Shown one piece after another: positions 49,545-60,434 of a stretch of DNA of 64,000 nucleotides. The stretch comes from Bacillota bacterium (GTDB lineage Bacteria > Bacillota_I > Bacilli_A > RF39 > UBA660). How positions within the stretch are numbered: the stretch's first letter is position 1; each line of letters begins with the position of its first letter. The notes beneath the pieces are model-generated. The model was given only the letters and a program-made list of their open reading frames with translations. It ran no database searches and was not told the DNA's origin. Where the stretch lies: the NCBI GenBank assembly GCA_015059495.1, contig SVAI01000001.1:1055811-1119810 (forward strand), given 5' to 3'. Both the position numbers and the translations under genes were made by a program.

Positions 49545-50213
49545 ATGAAGAAGAAATTAATAATAGTATTTGTAATAATAATTATTGCTTTAGCAGGATG
49601 CTTTATTTACTTTAAAATTAATAATAATAAATATTTATTTAAAGCATATCTAGAGGAACATAATGGTAACTATACACTAGTCATAAGAAATAAAGATTAC
49701 TTTAGTTTTAATGAAATGTGGAAAGTAGAAGATTTAACAAGAACAAATGGAAATTTCAAAATGCTTCCATGGACACTAGATTCTAGAATTAAAAAAATAA
49801 CAAAAGTAGATATTCAAGACAACATAAAAGTAGATTCACTTGCGTTATGGTTTTATGGATTTGAAAATCTAGAAGAAATAAAAGGATTAGATAAACTAGA
49901 TACATCATCATTAACTAATCTTTCAGCGGTATTTTACAATTGCAAATCTCTAAAAGAATTAGACTTAAGTATGTTGGATACAAGAAAAGTAACACTAACT
50001 GACAATATGTTTGCTAACTGTGAAAATTTAACTACTATATATGTTGGTGAAAATTGGAATATGGATAAAGTTGAAGAATCAACAGATATGTTTAAAGGAT
50101 GTACAAATCTAGTCGGACCAAATCAAACTGAATACAATGAATATGTTGTAGATAAATCATTTGCACAAGTAGATGATTTAGATAATGCTGGTTATTTAAC
50201 ACTTAAAAATTAA
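49545..50213 (+). CDS. BspA-type leucine-rich-repeat (LRR_5) lipoprotein
   Basis: Lipobox LAGC after signal peptide; repeats LTNLSAVFYNCKSLKELDLS..., MFANCENLTTIY, MFKGCTNL. Confidence 0.5.
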   Translation: MKKKLIIVFVIIIIALAGCFIYFKINNNKYLFKAYLEEHNGNYTLVIRNKDYFSFNEMWKVEDLTRTNGNFKMLPWTLDSRIKKITKVDIQDNIKVDSLALWFYGFENLEEIKGLDKLDTSSLTNLSAVFYNCKSLKELDLSMLDTRKVTLTDNMFANCENLTTIYVGENWNMDKVEESTDMFKGCTNLVGPNQTEYNEYVVDKSFAQVDDLDNAGYLTLKN

Positions 50214-50215
50214 CA

Positions 50216-50250
50216 TTAAAAATACTATATTAAAAATAGTATTTTTTTTA
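50216..50250 (+). terminator. Rho-independent terminator
   Basis: aaaatactatattaaaaatagtatttt followed by a T-run. Confidence 0.55.
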
Positions 50251-50320
50251 TTATTTTATAAGACAAAAAATACTTTATATGATACAATAGATTATGTAAT
50301 AAAAGGACTAGGTGGTAAAA

Positions 50321-51103
50321 ATGGCAAAGGTTATATCTTTAGTTAATCAAAAAGGTGGAGTTGGTAAAACTACATCAAGTATAAACTTGGCTGCAGCTTT
50401 AGGTAAAGAAGGTAAAAAGACTCTACTTATTGATTTAGACTCACAAGGTAATGCTACTACAGGTTTAGGTCTTAATGCTGGTGAAATAGATATAGACATC
50501 TATGATGTTATCACTGGTAATAAGACAATGGATGAAGCAATAGTTAAAACTAAATTTAAAAATTTATCTATTGTACCATCAACAATTAACCTAGCTGGAA
50601 TTGATATGGAATTTACTAAAAAGATGTTTGAAGATAATACGTTTAGACAAAACGAACAATTAAGAAAATATATTAATGAAATTAAAGATAGATTTGATTA
50701 TATTATTATAGATTGTCAACCATCTCTTGGTATAACAACTCTTAATGCACTATGTGCTTCTGATTCAGTTATTATTCCAGTTCAATGTGAATTCTATGCA
50801 CTAGAAGGTATAACTCAATTATTAAATTCAATTATTTTAGTTCAAAATAATATGAATCCAAACCTAAGAATTGAAGGTGTTCTATTAACTATGTTAGATG
50901 GTAGAACAAATATAGGTTTAGAAGTAATAGAAGAAGTAAGAAAATACTTTAAAAATAAAGTATTCAATACAATAATCCCTAGATTGGTTAGATTAGTTGA
51001 GGCACCAAGTCACGGCAAACCAATAAGTGATTATGATCCAGAATGTCGTGCAACTTTGGCTTACCAAAATTTAGCTAAGGAGGTTATAGAAAGAAATGAA
51101 TAA
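50321..51103 (+). CDS. soj: Chromosome partitioning ATPase ParA/Soj
   Basis: MAKVISLVNQKGGVGKTT deviant Walker A; start at ATG 50321 (ORF-track GTG 50312 is an extension). Confidence 0.85.
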   Translation: MAKVISLVNQKGGVGKTTSSINLAAALGKEGKKTLLIDLDSQGNATTGLGLNAGEIDIDIYDVITGNKTMDEAIVKTKFKNLSIVPSTINLAGIDMEFTKKMFEDNTFRQNEQLRKYINEIKDRFDYIIIDCQPSLGITTLNALCASDSVIIPVQCEFYALEGITQLLNSIILVQNNMNPNLRIEGVLLTMLDGRTNIGLEVIEEVRKYFKNKVFNTIIPRLVRLVEAPSHGKPISDYDPECRATLAYQNLAKEVIERNE

Positions 51104-51962
51104 TAAGAGATTAGGAAAAGGATTAGAACAATTATTTTCAAACGAAAGAATAGATTTTGATAATCTAGAAAAAACAATTATCGATGAAGCTAAAAAAAGT
51201 GATATTGTTGAAATTAGATTAGATGAAATTAGAAGTAACCCATACCAACCAAGAAAAACATTTGATGAAGAATCATTAAATGAATTAGCAGAGTCAATTA
51301 AAGAACATGGTGTAGTTCAACCAGTTATAGTAAAAAAATCAATTAAAGGTTATGAATTAGTAGCAGGTGAAAGAAGAACTAAAGCTTCAAAAATCGCAGG
51401 TAAGACTACTATTCCAGCAATCATTAGAGATTTTAATGATGAAGAAATGATGGAAATAGCTTTAATTGAAAATATTCAAAGAGAGAACTTAAACCCAATC
51501 GAAGAAGCATTAGCTTATGAAAATATTATTAAGTCAACTGGTATGACTCAAGAAAAAATAGCTCAAAAATTTGGTAAATCAAGAAGTTATGTTACTAACA
51601 TGTTAGGCTTATTAAACTTACCTGAAGAAACTAAAAAGTTAGTTGAAAAAGGCGACATTTCAGCATCACATGCTAGAGTATTATCTAAGATGGATGATGA
51701 AAAGAAAATTAATGAAATTGCTAAAAAGGTAGTTAATGATAAAATCAATGTTAGAGAAATAGAAGAACTAGTTAAACAAGTTAATACTCCAACATCTAAA
51801 CCAAGTATTCCTAATACATATAAAATATATGAAGATGTATTAAGAGACAAAGTAGGAACTAAAGTTAAAGTAAGTAACAAGAAGATTGAAATACCTTTTG
51901 ATTCACAAAAGGATTTAGAAAGAATATTAGAAATATTACATATTGAAATTGAGGGTGATTAA
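51096..51962 (+). CDS. spo0J: Chromosome partitioning protein ParB/Spo0J
   Basis: ParB box GERRTKASKIAG and HTH; overlaps the soj stop. Confidence 0.85.
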   Translation: MNNKRLGKGLEQLFSNERIDFDNLEKTIIDEAKKSDIVEIRLDEIRSNPYQPRKTFDEESLNELAESIKEHGVVQPVIVKKSIKGYELVAGERRTKASKIAGKTTIPAIIRDFNDEEMMEIALIENIQRENLNPIEEALAYENIIKSTGMTQEKIAQKFGKSRSYVTNMLGLLNLPEETKKLVEKGDISASHARVLSKMDDEKKINEIAKKVVNDKINVREIEELVKQVNTPTSKPSIPNTYKIYEDVLRDKVGTKVKVSNKKIEIPFDSQKDLERILEILHIEIEGD

Positions 51963-51964
51963 TT

Positions 51965-52789
51965 ATGGATAACGTACTAAAACCTCTTGCTGCAGCATTT
52001 CAAAACAAGATGGTATATGGTCCTATTCTAACAATATTAATTGCATATTTAATATATAATATAGTTAAATCTGTATTATACAAAATAGAAGATCCTAAAA
52101 AATACAGTGGATATGATTTAAAAAGAAGAAAAACAGTAGTAGATTTAATAGCTAACTTTATTAAAATATTTACTATAGTAATAGTATTACTAGTTATATT
52201 AAATCTATTTGGTATTAATACTACATCTATTATTGCTTCTTTAGGTGTAGCATCCGCTGTTATAGGTTTAGCATTCCAAGATACTCTAAAAGATGTAATT
52301 GGTGGTGTTAACATTATTATGGATAATTACTTTATCGTAGGAGATATAGTAAAATATAATGATTTTACTGGTGAAGTAATATCATTTGGATTTAAAGCAA
52401 CTAAAATTAAGAATCTAAACAATGAAGTATTAACAGTTGCTAATAGAAATATTACACAAATTATTAACTTATCAAAAGAAAAAGCTGCAGTACAAGTTAA
52501 AATACCAGTAGCTTATGAAGAAGATATTGATAAAGTTGAAAAAGTAATTGATAAGATATTAGCTGATATTGCAAAATCTGAATATGTTGATGCAAAAACT
52601 GTTCAATACCTTGGTGTAGATGAACTAAGTGACTCATCTGTTAATCTACTTATCAAATTTATAAGTGAAAGAGATAAACAATGGATTACTAAAAGAGAAG
52701 CTTTAAAGATTGTTAAAAAAGAATTAGATAAAAATGGTGTTAAAATACCATATCAACAAATTGAGGTACACAATGGAAAAAACATATAA
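51965..52789 (+). CDS. Small-conductance mechanosensitive channel (MscS family)
   Basis: 3 TM then the conserved MscS beta-domain (GDIVKYNDFTGEVISFGFKATKIKNLNNEVLTVANRNI). Confidence 0.7.
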   Translation: MDNVLKPLAAAFQNKMVYGPILTILIAYLIYNIVKSVLYKIEDPKKYSGYDLKRRKTVVDLIANFIKIFTIVIVLLVILNLFGINTTSIIASLGVASAVIGLAFQDTLKDVIGGVNIIMDNYFIVGDIVKYNDFTGEVISFGFKATKIKNLNNEVLTVANRNITQIINLSKEKAAVQVKIPVAYEEDIDKVEKVIDKILADIAKSEYVDAKTVQYLGVDELSDSSVNLLIKFISERDKQWITKREALKIVKKELDKNGVKIPYQQIEVHNGKNI

Positions 52790-52967
52790 GTTAAATGATC
52801 AAGTCATTATGAAAAAAGATCATGCATGTGGTGCTAACCTTTGGAAGATAACTAGAGTGGGAGCAGACATTAAAATTAAATGTGAAAACTGTGGACATGA
52901 AATAATGATGGATAGATTAGAATTTAATAAAAAGATTAAAAAGGTTATAGGTGATAAGAGTGAGTAA
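52773..52967 (+). CDS. DUF951-family small zinc-ribbon protein (YyzM-like)
   Basis: MEKTYKLNDQVIMKKDHACGANLWKITRVGADIKIKCENCGHEIMM matches DUF951; GAGGT SD before ATG 52773. Confidence 0.65.
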   Translation: MEKTYKLNDQVIMKKDHACGANLWKITRVGADIKIKCENCGHEIMMDRLEFNKKIKKVIGDKSE

Positions 52968-54492
52968 ATTATTTAAAAAAATTAAGTTACATCCTATTAT
53001 GACATTTATGGTTTTAATAATAGGAACTATATTACTTAGTGCTATACTTAATTTATTTGAAGTAGGAGCAACATATAATGTTGTTGATAACGCTACTAAA
53101 TCATATAATCAAGAAATGGTAACAGTAGAATCACTTTTATCATTAAGTGGATTTAAATATATATTTTCTTCTACTGTACTAAGTTTTGTTCAATTTACTC
53201 CATTATCTATGCTAATTATTATATTAATTGGTATAGGTGTAATGGAAAAGAGTAATTTCTTAAAAACATCAATTACTCTACTAACACAAAACACTAAAAA
53301 ACAAACAGTAACATTTGTTATATCACTTATTTGTATATTATTTAGTTTAGTTGGAGACTTAGGTTATGTAGTTATGATACCTATAAGTGCAATTATATTC
53401 TTCTACGGAAGAAGAAATCCGATTCTTGGTATAGTAACTGCCTATGCTTCACTAACATGTGGTACAGGTTTAAGTTTACTTATGACTGCAACTGATTCAA
53501 GTTTAATATCAACAACTTTATCAGCAGCAACTGTACTAGATCCAAACTATACAATAAGCGTATTAGGATTTATGTTAATAATGGTAGCAGCAATAATATT
53601 AATTGCACTAGCTATTACAACAATTACTGAAAAAATAAGCGTATTTAGTGTTCCTAAATATGAATTTAAAGAAGAAAGAAAAGAATTTAAATTAACTAGA
53701 AAAGAAGTAAGAGGTTTAGTATTTGCTTTAACAGCAGGTGCTATATATTGTTTCATTATTTTATATAATGTAATTCCAGGTTTACCATTTTCAGGTAATT
53801 TAATAGATTATTCACAAGAATTATTTATCAATAAATTATTCTCACCAAATTCATTCTTCTCTCAAGGATTTGTATTTATAGTTACAACATTATTTATTAT
53901 CCTTGGATTATTCTATGGAATTGGTGCTAAAACAATTAAAAATAACCATGATTTTTCAGATACTTTAGGTCATTCACTAGATGGAATTGGTGAAACAATA
54001 GTATTAATATTCATGGCATCAGTATTTATTAATATATTTAAGAAAACTAATATTGGTATTGTAGTAACATCTATGTTTACTAATCTAATAGTAGCAAGTT
54101 CATTTAAAGGTATTCCTTTAATTATACTATTATTTGTACTAGTATCACTTGCTACATTCTTACTACCTAACTCAACATTAAAATGGTCAGTTATGGCAGG
54201 AAGTATTGTACCAATATTAATGAATGCTGGTATCTCACCAGAAATGGGACAAGTTGTATTTAGATTTGCAGAAAGTGTAACATACGGTTTAACACCAGTT
54301 ATGGCATACTTTGTAATCTATTTAGCGTTTGTAGAAAAGTATAATCAAAGTGATGAACCAATTAGATTATTTAGCGTACTTAAATATCAAAAACCATACG
54401 CTATTGCAACAGGAGCTATATTACTATCACTATTAGTATTATGGTTTGTAGTTGGCCTACCACTTGGTCTACATACTTTACCAACAATGTAA
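52951..54492 (+). CDS. AbgT/MtrF-family transporter
   Basis: About 12 TM; N-terminal KIKLHPIMTFMVLIIGTILLSAILNLFEVGATY and FYGRRNPILG blocks resemble AbgT; GTG start (alternative GTG 52960). Confidence 0.5.
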   Translation: MIRVSKLFKKIKLHPIMTFMVLIIGTILLSAILNLFEVGATYNVVDNATKSYNQEMVTVESLLSLSGFKYIFSSTVLSFVQFTPLSMLIIILIGIGVMEKSNFLKTSITLLTQNTKKQTVTFVISLICILFSLVGDLGYVVMIPISAIIFFYGRRNPILGIVTAYASLTCGTGLSLLMTATDSSLISTTLSAATVLDPNYTISVLGFMLIMVAAIILIALAITTITEKISVFSVPKYEFKEERKEFKLTRKEVRGLVFALTAGAIYCFIILYNVIPGLPFSGNLIDYSQELFINKLFSPNSFFSQGFVFIVTTLFIILGLFYGIGAKTIKNNHDFSDTLGHSLDGIGETIVLIFMASVFINIFKKTNIGIVVTSMFTNLIVASSFKGIPLIILLFVLVSLATFLLPNSTLKWSVMAGSIVPILMNAGISPEMGQVVFRFAESVTYGLTPVMAYFVIYLAFVEKYNQSDEPIRLFSVLKYQKPYAIATGAILLSLLVLWFVVGLPLGLHTLPTM

Positions 54493-54494
54493 AG

Positions 54495-54528
54495 AAGAGT
54501 AAAAAAACTCTTTTTTTTATTTTAAATA
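54495..54528 (+). terminator. Rho-independent terminator
   Basis: agagtaaaaaaactct followed by a long T-run. Confidence 0.55.
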
Positions 54529-54597
54529 TAAATTATTTTCTTCATAAATAATCAAGTTTATGATATACTTTAAAAAAGTAGAATATGAGGAGAAGAC

Positions 54598-55776
54598 ATG
54601 AAGAAATTATACAAGATGATGATTATATCTACATTTATTTTATTGCCATTAACAAATGTTACAGCTAAAGAATATAATAGGTTATCAGTTAACGAATTTA
54701 TTGATTCCATAAACAAAAGTACATTATTTGATTACGAAGTAAAACAAGGAACTAGATCTAAGGCACCAACAATTACTTCGTCAGCATCAATTGATAACAA
54801 TATTTTTAAATATAAGGTAACATATGATGAAAAAGAATATGTGTCATTATTTAAATATGATTTAAAAAATAATACTTTAACATATGTTAGAGAAAACAAA
54901 AAAGATGACTCAGATAAGAGTTTTGAGGAGTCAATAATAGACATTCTAGCTGAGGCAACTGGTGAAGGAACTAATGAAGAAATAGTAAAATCGTTAATAA
55001 ATTTTGACTATGAAAAATGTGATATAGAAAATTTAGGTTATTGTGTTCAAGGAAAAGAAAATGAATCAACAATAATAGTTGAACTATCTGACAAAATGGC
55101 AACTGAAGTGTTAAAATTAAAATCAAAGGTTAACAATAAGACTGCTGATCCAAGATTTCAAGCATATATTGACTTAGTTAACAATTCGAAATATATTAAA
55201 TCTATCAATGATAAGTTCAAAGAAAATGAATCAATGAGTGTTTATGGAGTAACTTATGGTAATGAAGCCTTTATTCAAACAAATGAAGGAAATGATGAAA
55301 ATATATTACTTAATATAACTTATAATCCAGAACTTAATACGATAAAGACTATAGAAAAAACTGATGGAATAAACAGTTTTACAAATGCAGGGTTAATATT
55401 AATATTATACTTTGAAGAGTTTTCATCTTACTCACTTGATGAAGTAGTTAATTCACTAGCAAATACTACAGAAGGTAAAGTGTGTGACATAGAAAACAAA
55501 GGTATATGTGTTAAATATTTTGATGAAACTGAAACGCAAGCCTCTATAGAATTGGAATTATCAGATAAAGCTATAAATAATTATTTTTCTAAAAAGGTTA
55601 ATATAGAACCTACTGAGAACAAAGAAGAATCAAAAGAAGATGAAGAATCAGAAGAACCTATTAATAATCCGGAAACAGGAGCATTTGCAAACTTTGGTTT
55701 AATATCATTGATATCCATTATAGCTATCATAGCAATAGCATTTGTAATAAAGAAAAAGAAATTTTATAACATTTAA
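54598..55776 (+). CDS. Secreted surface protein with C-terminal sortase-type sorting signal (NPETG + hydrophobic + KKKK) and internal duplication
   Basis: Signal peptide; two copies of a module containing C-D-I-E-N-x-G-x-C-V (KCDIENLGYCVQG / VCDIENKGICVKY) each ending ...ELSDK; C-terminal NPETGAFANFGLISLISIIAIIAIAFVIKKKK. Confidence 0.45.
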   Translation: MKKLYKMMIISTFILLPLTNVTAKEYNRLSVNEFIDSINKSTLFDYEVKQGTRSKAPTITSSASIDNNIFKYKVTYDEKEYVSLFKYDLKNNTLTYVRENKKDDSDKSFEESIIDILAEATGEGTNEEIVKSLINFDYEKCDIENLGYCVQGKENESTIIVELSDKMATEVLKLKSKVNNKTADPRFQAYIDLVNNSKYIKSINDKFKENESMSVYGVTYGNEAFIQTNEGNDENILLNITYNPELNTIKTIEKTDGINSFTNAGLILILYFEEFSSYSLDEVVNSLANTTEGKVCDIENKGICVKYFDETETQASIELELSDKAINNYFSKKVNIEPTENKEESKEDEESEEPINNPETGAFANFGLISLISIIAIIAIAFVIKKKKFYNI

Positions 55777-55777
55777 A

Positions 55778-55808
55778 AACTTCAATTTTGAAGTTTTTTT
55801 AATTTATG
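55778..55808 (+). terminator. Rho-independent terminator
   Basis: aaaaacttcaattttgaagttttttt. Confidence 0.55.
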
Positions 55809-55833
55809 TTAAAATACTTATCAGGTGATATCT

Positions 55834-56661
55834 ATGTTTAAAAAGATATATGTAGAAATAACAAACAATTGTAATCTCAATTGTCCGTTTTGTATTGGTA
55901 ATGATAGACAAAAAGAATTTATAACTGAATATAAATTTAATTTGTTATTAAATAAACTAAAAGGACATACTAAATACTTATATTTTCATTTAATGGGTGA
56001 ACCACTTATACATCCAGAAATTAATAAATTAATAGATATAGCAAGTAAAGATTATAAAATAAATATAACTACTAATGGTTATTTTATAAATAGAATTAAA
56101 GATAATAAAAATATTCATCAAGTTAATATATCATTACATTCATTTGATGATAAAAAGAATAAAACTCTAGATGAATACCTAAGCAATATATATGAAGGTG
56201 TTGATAATTTATTAGTTAATAACACTATAATTAATTATAGATTATGGGTTAATAATAAATATAAAGAAGAAATAATTAAATCAATCGAAAATAGATATAA
56301 TGTAACAATAAATGGTAATACTAAAATTAAAGATCATTTATATTTAGAGTTTGAAACTGAGTTTATTTGGCCTAATTTAAATAATCATTATTGTAAAGAA
56401 GAAGGTTCTTGCCAAGGTCTAAGAACTCATATTGGTATTTTAGTAGATGGTTCAGTAGTACCATGTTGTCTAGATTATAATGGTAATCTAAAACTAGGCA
56501 ATATTTATGAACAAGATTTAGATGAAATATTAAATCAACAAAGAGCAAAAGATATGATTAAAGGATTTCAAAATAATAAAAAAGTAGAGAAATTATGTCA
56601 ACATTGTAATTTCTATGATAGAATAATGCAGAAAAAAGGAAGTGATAACAATGTCAAATGA
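55834..56661 (+). CDS. Radical SAM enzyme with C-terminal SPASM/twitch-like Cys cluster
   Basis: CNLNCPFC (Cx3Cx2C) near N-terminus; C-terminal [32 protein letters not shown]...LCQHC; start overlaps uvrA start region. Confidence 0.6.
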   Translation: MFKKIYVEITNNCNLNCPFCIGNDRQKEFITEYKFNLLLNKLKGHTKYLYFHLMGEPLIHPEINKLIDIASKDYKINITTNGYFINRIKDNKNIHQVNISLHSFDDKKNKTLDEYLSNIYEGVDNLLVNNTIINYRLWVNNKYKEEIIKSIENRYNVTINGNTKIKDHLYLEFETEFIWPNLNNHYCKEEGSCQGLRTHIGILVDGSVVPCCLDYNGNLKLGNIYEQDLDEILNQQRAKDMIKGFQNNKKVEKLCQHCNFYDRIMQKKGSDNNVK

Positions 56662-59464
56662 TAAAATTATAATTAAGGGAGCAAGAGAAAATAACCTTAA
56701 GAACGTAGATTTAGAAATACCAAAGAATTCACTTGTAGTTATGACAGGTGTATCAGGTTCAGGTAAATCATCACTTGCTTTTGATACTATATATGCTGAA
56801 GGACAAAGAAGATATGTTGAAAGCTTATCAGCTTATGCTCGTCAATTCATGGGTGGATCAAAGAAACCAGACGTTGATTCAATCGAAGGTCTATCACCAT
56901 CAATTTCAATTGATCAAAAAACAACAAATAATAACCCAAGATCAACAGTTGCAACTGTAACTGAAATATATGATTACTTACGTTTATTATTTGCTAGAGT
57001 TGGTACGCCATATTGTCCTAATCATAAAGAACCAATTATTCATCAATCAATCGAAGAAATGACTGATAAAGTAATGGCTTTTGAAGAAGGAACAAAACTA
57101 GAGATTATGGCACCTGTAGTTCATGGTAAAAAAGGTACTCATCAAGACTTAATTGATAATTTAAGAAAAGATGGTTATACAAGAATAAGAATTAATGGTG
57201 AAGTTAAATCTTTAGATGAAGATATAACCTTAGAAAAGAATATTAAAGATAATATTGATGTAGTAGTAGATAGAATAGTATTACATAAAGATGAAAGATC
57301 AAGAGTATTTGAATCAATCGAAAACTCATGTAAATTAGCTAATGGACTAGTTATAGTAAATGTTTTAGGAGATAAAGAATACTTATTTAGTGAAAACTAT
57401 GCATGTGTTAAATGTGATTATTCACTTCCTGAACTAGAACCAAGAATGTTTTCATTTAACAATCCATTTGGTGCTTGTCCAGAATGTAAAGGTTTAGGTT
57501 TTAAGAGTGCTATCTCTGAAGAACTATTAATACCCGATAAAACATTATCTATTAATCAAGGTGCTATCCAAACAATCCAAGATTCACAAAATATCTTCTG
57601 GACTGATCTTAAAACAGCATGTGATTACTATAAAATAGATATGGATAAACCATATAATAAGTTAACTAAAAAAGAACGTGATATAGTTTTATATGGTTCA
57701 CTTGAACCACTAAACTTTGAATATACAGCTAAAAATGGTAATAAGAGATATGCTACTTCTTTCTATGAAGGTGTTATAACAAACCTAGAAAGAAGATACA
57801 TGGAAACTAAGTCTGATTGGATTAGAGAATGGTTAGATAACTACATGATGGAATTAGAATGTCCTGTATGTCATGGAACTCGTTTAAAAGAATCAGTACT
57901 TAATGTATTAATTAATAAAAAGAATATTTATGAATTTACTGAAATGTCTATTGGTGAATTAAAAGAATTCATGAAGAAACTAAAATTAACTGAAGAACAA
58001 AAGAAGATAAGTGAGCTAATAGTAAAAGAAATACAAAATAGATTAGAATTCCTAGACAACGTAGGTTTAACATACCTAACACTAAATCGTATGGCAGGAA
58101 CTCTATCAGGTGGTGAACTTCAAAGAATTAGACTTGCAACTCAAATTGGTTCAAGGCTTTCTGGAGTATTATATGTTTTAGATGAACCATCAATTGGTTT
58201 ACATCAAAGAGATAATGATAGATTAATTAAATCATTAAAAGATATGGTTGATTTAGGTAATACTTTAATAGTAGTAGAACATGATACTGACACAATGATG
58301 GCTTCAGACTATTTAGTTGATGTAGGTCCAGGAGCAGGTAACGAAGGTGGATATATTGTATCTAAAGGTACACCTAAAGAAGTTATGAAAGATCCTAATT
58401 CTTTGACTGGTAGATACCTATCAGGTAAAGAAAAAATAGAAGTACCAAAAACTAGAAGAAAAGGTAATGGTAAATTTATTGAAATAACTGGTGCTAAGGA
58501 ACATAACTTAAAAGACGTAGATGTAAAAATACCTTTAGGTAAGTTTGTATGTGTAACTGGTGTATCAGGCTCAGGTAAGAGTTCTTTAGTTAATGAAATA
58601 TTATATAAAGCAGTATTTAAAAATATATATAAAAAATCAAGAGTTATGCCTGGTAAATATTCTAAAATTAAAGGTTTAGATAATATTGATAAGGTAGTTC
58701 AAATAACTCAAGAACCAATAGGTAGAACACCACGTTCTAACCCAGCAACATATGTTGGTGTATTTGATAACATTAGAGAAGTATTTGCTAACATGACTGA
58801 ATCAAAGATGAGAGGTTTTGATAAAGGTAGATTCTCATTTAATGTTAAAGGTGGACGTTGTGAAGCTTGTTGGGGTGATGGCGTAAAGAAAATAGAAATG
58901 CACTTCTTACCAGATGTATATGTACCATGTGATGTATGTCATGGAACACGTTACAACAAGGATACATTAAATATTAAATTTAAAGGTAAGAATATTGCTG
59001 AAGTATTAGATATGAGAGTAGAAGAAGCAATTGAATTCTTTGAAAACGTACCTAAGATAAAAGAACAATTACAAATAATGATGGATGTAGGTTTATCTTA
59101 TATTAAATTAGGACAAGGTGCTCCAACATTATCTGGTGGTGAAGCAGGACGAGTTAAACTTGCTAAAGAACTTCAAAAGAAGCCAACAGGTAAGAGTTTA
59201 TTTATACTAGATGAACCAACAACGGGTCTACATTTAGATGATATTAAAAAATTAATCAAAATACTACAAAGAATAGTAGATAATGGTGATACAGTAGTAG
59301 TTATTGAACATAACTTAGATGTTATTAAAGTAGCTGATCACATTATCGACTTAGGACCAGAAGGTGGATCTTTAGGTGGAGAAGTTATCGCAACAGGTAC
59401 ACCTGAAGAAATAGCTAAATGTGATAAATCATATACTGGTGAATATTTAAAGAGATACTTATAA
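56651..59464 (+). CDS. uvrA: Excinuclease ABC subunit A
   Basis: 940 aa; two ABC ATPase modules (GVSGSGKSS twice), zinc-finger Cys pairs, ABC signatures. Confidence 0.95.
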   Translation: MSNDKIIIKGARENNLKNVDLEIPKNSLVVMTGVSGSGKSSLAFDTIYAEGQRRYVESLSAYARQFMGGSKKPDVDSIEGLSPSISIDQKTTNNNPRSTVATVTEIYDYLRLLFARVGTPYCPNHKEPIIHQSIEEMTDKVMAFEEGTKLEIMAPVVHGKKGTHQDLIDNLRKDGYTRIRINGEVKSLDEDITLEKNIKDNIDVVVDRIVLHKDERSRVFESIENSCKLANGLVIVNVLGDKEYLFSENYACVKCDYSLPELEPRMFSFNNPFGACPECKGLGFKSAISEELLIPDKTLSINQGAIQTIQDSQNIFWTDLKTACDYYKIDMDKPYNKLTKKERDIVLYGSLEPLNFEYTAKNGNKRYATSFYEGVITNLERRYMETKSDWIREWLDNYMMELECPVCHGTRLKESVLNVLINKKNIYEFTEMSIGELKEFMKKLKLTEEQKKISELIVKEIQNRLEFLDNVGLTYLTLNRMAGTLSGGELQRIRLATQIGSRLSGVLYVLDEPSIGLHQRDNDRLIKSLKDMVDLGNTLIVVEHDTDTMMASDYLVDVGPGAGNEGGYIVSKGTPKEVMKDPNSLTGRYLSGKEKIEVPKTRRKGNGKFIEITGAKEHNLKDVDVKIPLGKFVCVTGVSGSGKSSLVNEILYKAVFKNIYKKSRVMPGKYSKIKGLDNIDKVVQITQEPIGRTPRSNPATYVGVFDNIREVFANMTESKMRGFDKGRFSFNVKGGRCEACWGDGVKKIEMHFLPDVYVPCDVCHGTRYNKDTLNIKFKGKNIAEVLDMRVEEAIEFFENVPKIKEQLQIMMDVGLSYIKLGQGAPTLSGGEAGRVKLAKELQKKPTGKSLFILDEPTTGLHLDDIKKLIKILQRIVDNGDTVVVIEHNLDVIKVADHIIDLGPEGGSLGGEVIATGTPEEIAKCDKSYTGEYLKRYL

Positions 59465-59527
59465 GGTATCTTTTTAAATTGACACGAACAAATTATCAAG
59501 TATAATATTAAACACGAGGGGATTATT

Positions 59528-60328
59528 ATGAGATATGATGACAAATTTTTAAAAGAACTAAAATCAGCAAAAGATACAAAAGAAAATGTATTAGAAGTTT
59601 GCGATCAAGAAGAAGAAAGACTAGTGAAAGAATTAAAAAAAGTACAAGCTAGAAAAAAACAAATTGAAATAAAATATGATAATCAAAGAATAAAAAAAGT
59701 AAAAAATTTCTTAGATCACTATCAAAAATTAAAAAAGGAAAGTAAATCTGTACTTGATATACTAACTGCAATTCATAAAGATTTATATAGACATGGATTA
59801 TGCAAATCGCAATCTAAAAATAAAAAATACAATCTTGAAAAATTATCTACTGAAGTAGATAAGAATATAAGCTATGAGGAGTTTAAACAATTGCTAGTTG
59901 AATTTAAAAAACAAGATGAAATAGTTGACTGGGACGCATTCTGCAATATTACAGATGAAAATAAATATACTTTAGATTCTCTAACAAAAAGTGGAACTTA
60001 TTATGAATTCTTATATTCTTACTGTGAAGCGTTATTAGAAAAAGCGTGTAGACACTTTGGACATGATTATAAGGTTGTAAGTAAAAAAGAAGAAATATTA
60101 CCATTTCCAGACAGATATTCTGAATTTTATGTACCAGAAAGACAAAATGTTTATTCTTGTGAATGTAAAAACTGCGGATGTCAAACAGCATTCCCTAATA
60201 AGGTTGTAAATAGATTTAAGATAGATCAAGATGGAATAGACTCATATTCAGAAGATGTTGAATATTTAAAATTATATAGTTCACACTTTGGAAAAAAACA
60301 AAGATTATTAACTCCATCAGAATATTAA
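59528..60328 (+). CDS. Hypothetical protein with C-terminal Cys cluster (SCECKNCGC)
   Basis: 266 aa; GAGGGG SD; K-rich N-terminal half. Confidence 0.35.
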   Translation: MRYDDKFLKELKSAKDTKENVLEVCDQEEERLVKELKKVQARKKQIEIKYDNQRIKKVKNFLDHYQKLKKESKSVLDILTAIHKDLYRHGLCKSQSKNKKYNLEKLSTEVDKNISYEEFKQLLVEFKKQDEIVDWDAFCNITDENKYTLDSLTKSGTYYEFLYSYCEALLEKACRHFGHDYKVVSKKEEILPFPDRYSEFYVPERQNVYSCECKNCGCQTAFPNKVVNRFKIDQDGIDSYSEDVEYLKLYSSHFGKKQRLLTPSEY

Positions 60329-60330
60329 AA

Positions 60331-60353
60331 GAGAATATTAATTCTCTTTTTTA
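60331..60353 (+). terminator. Rho-independent terminator
   Basis: agagaatattaattctct followed by a T-run. Confidence 0.55.
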
Positions 60354-60434
60354 CATTATAAACGTAAAGAACTAATGGTAAAAATTTAAATGTTTTAAAA
60401 TATATGTTAAAGTAATAATAAGGAAGTGTATATA

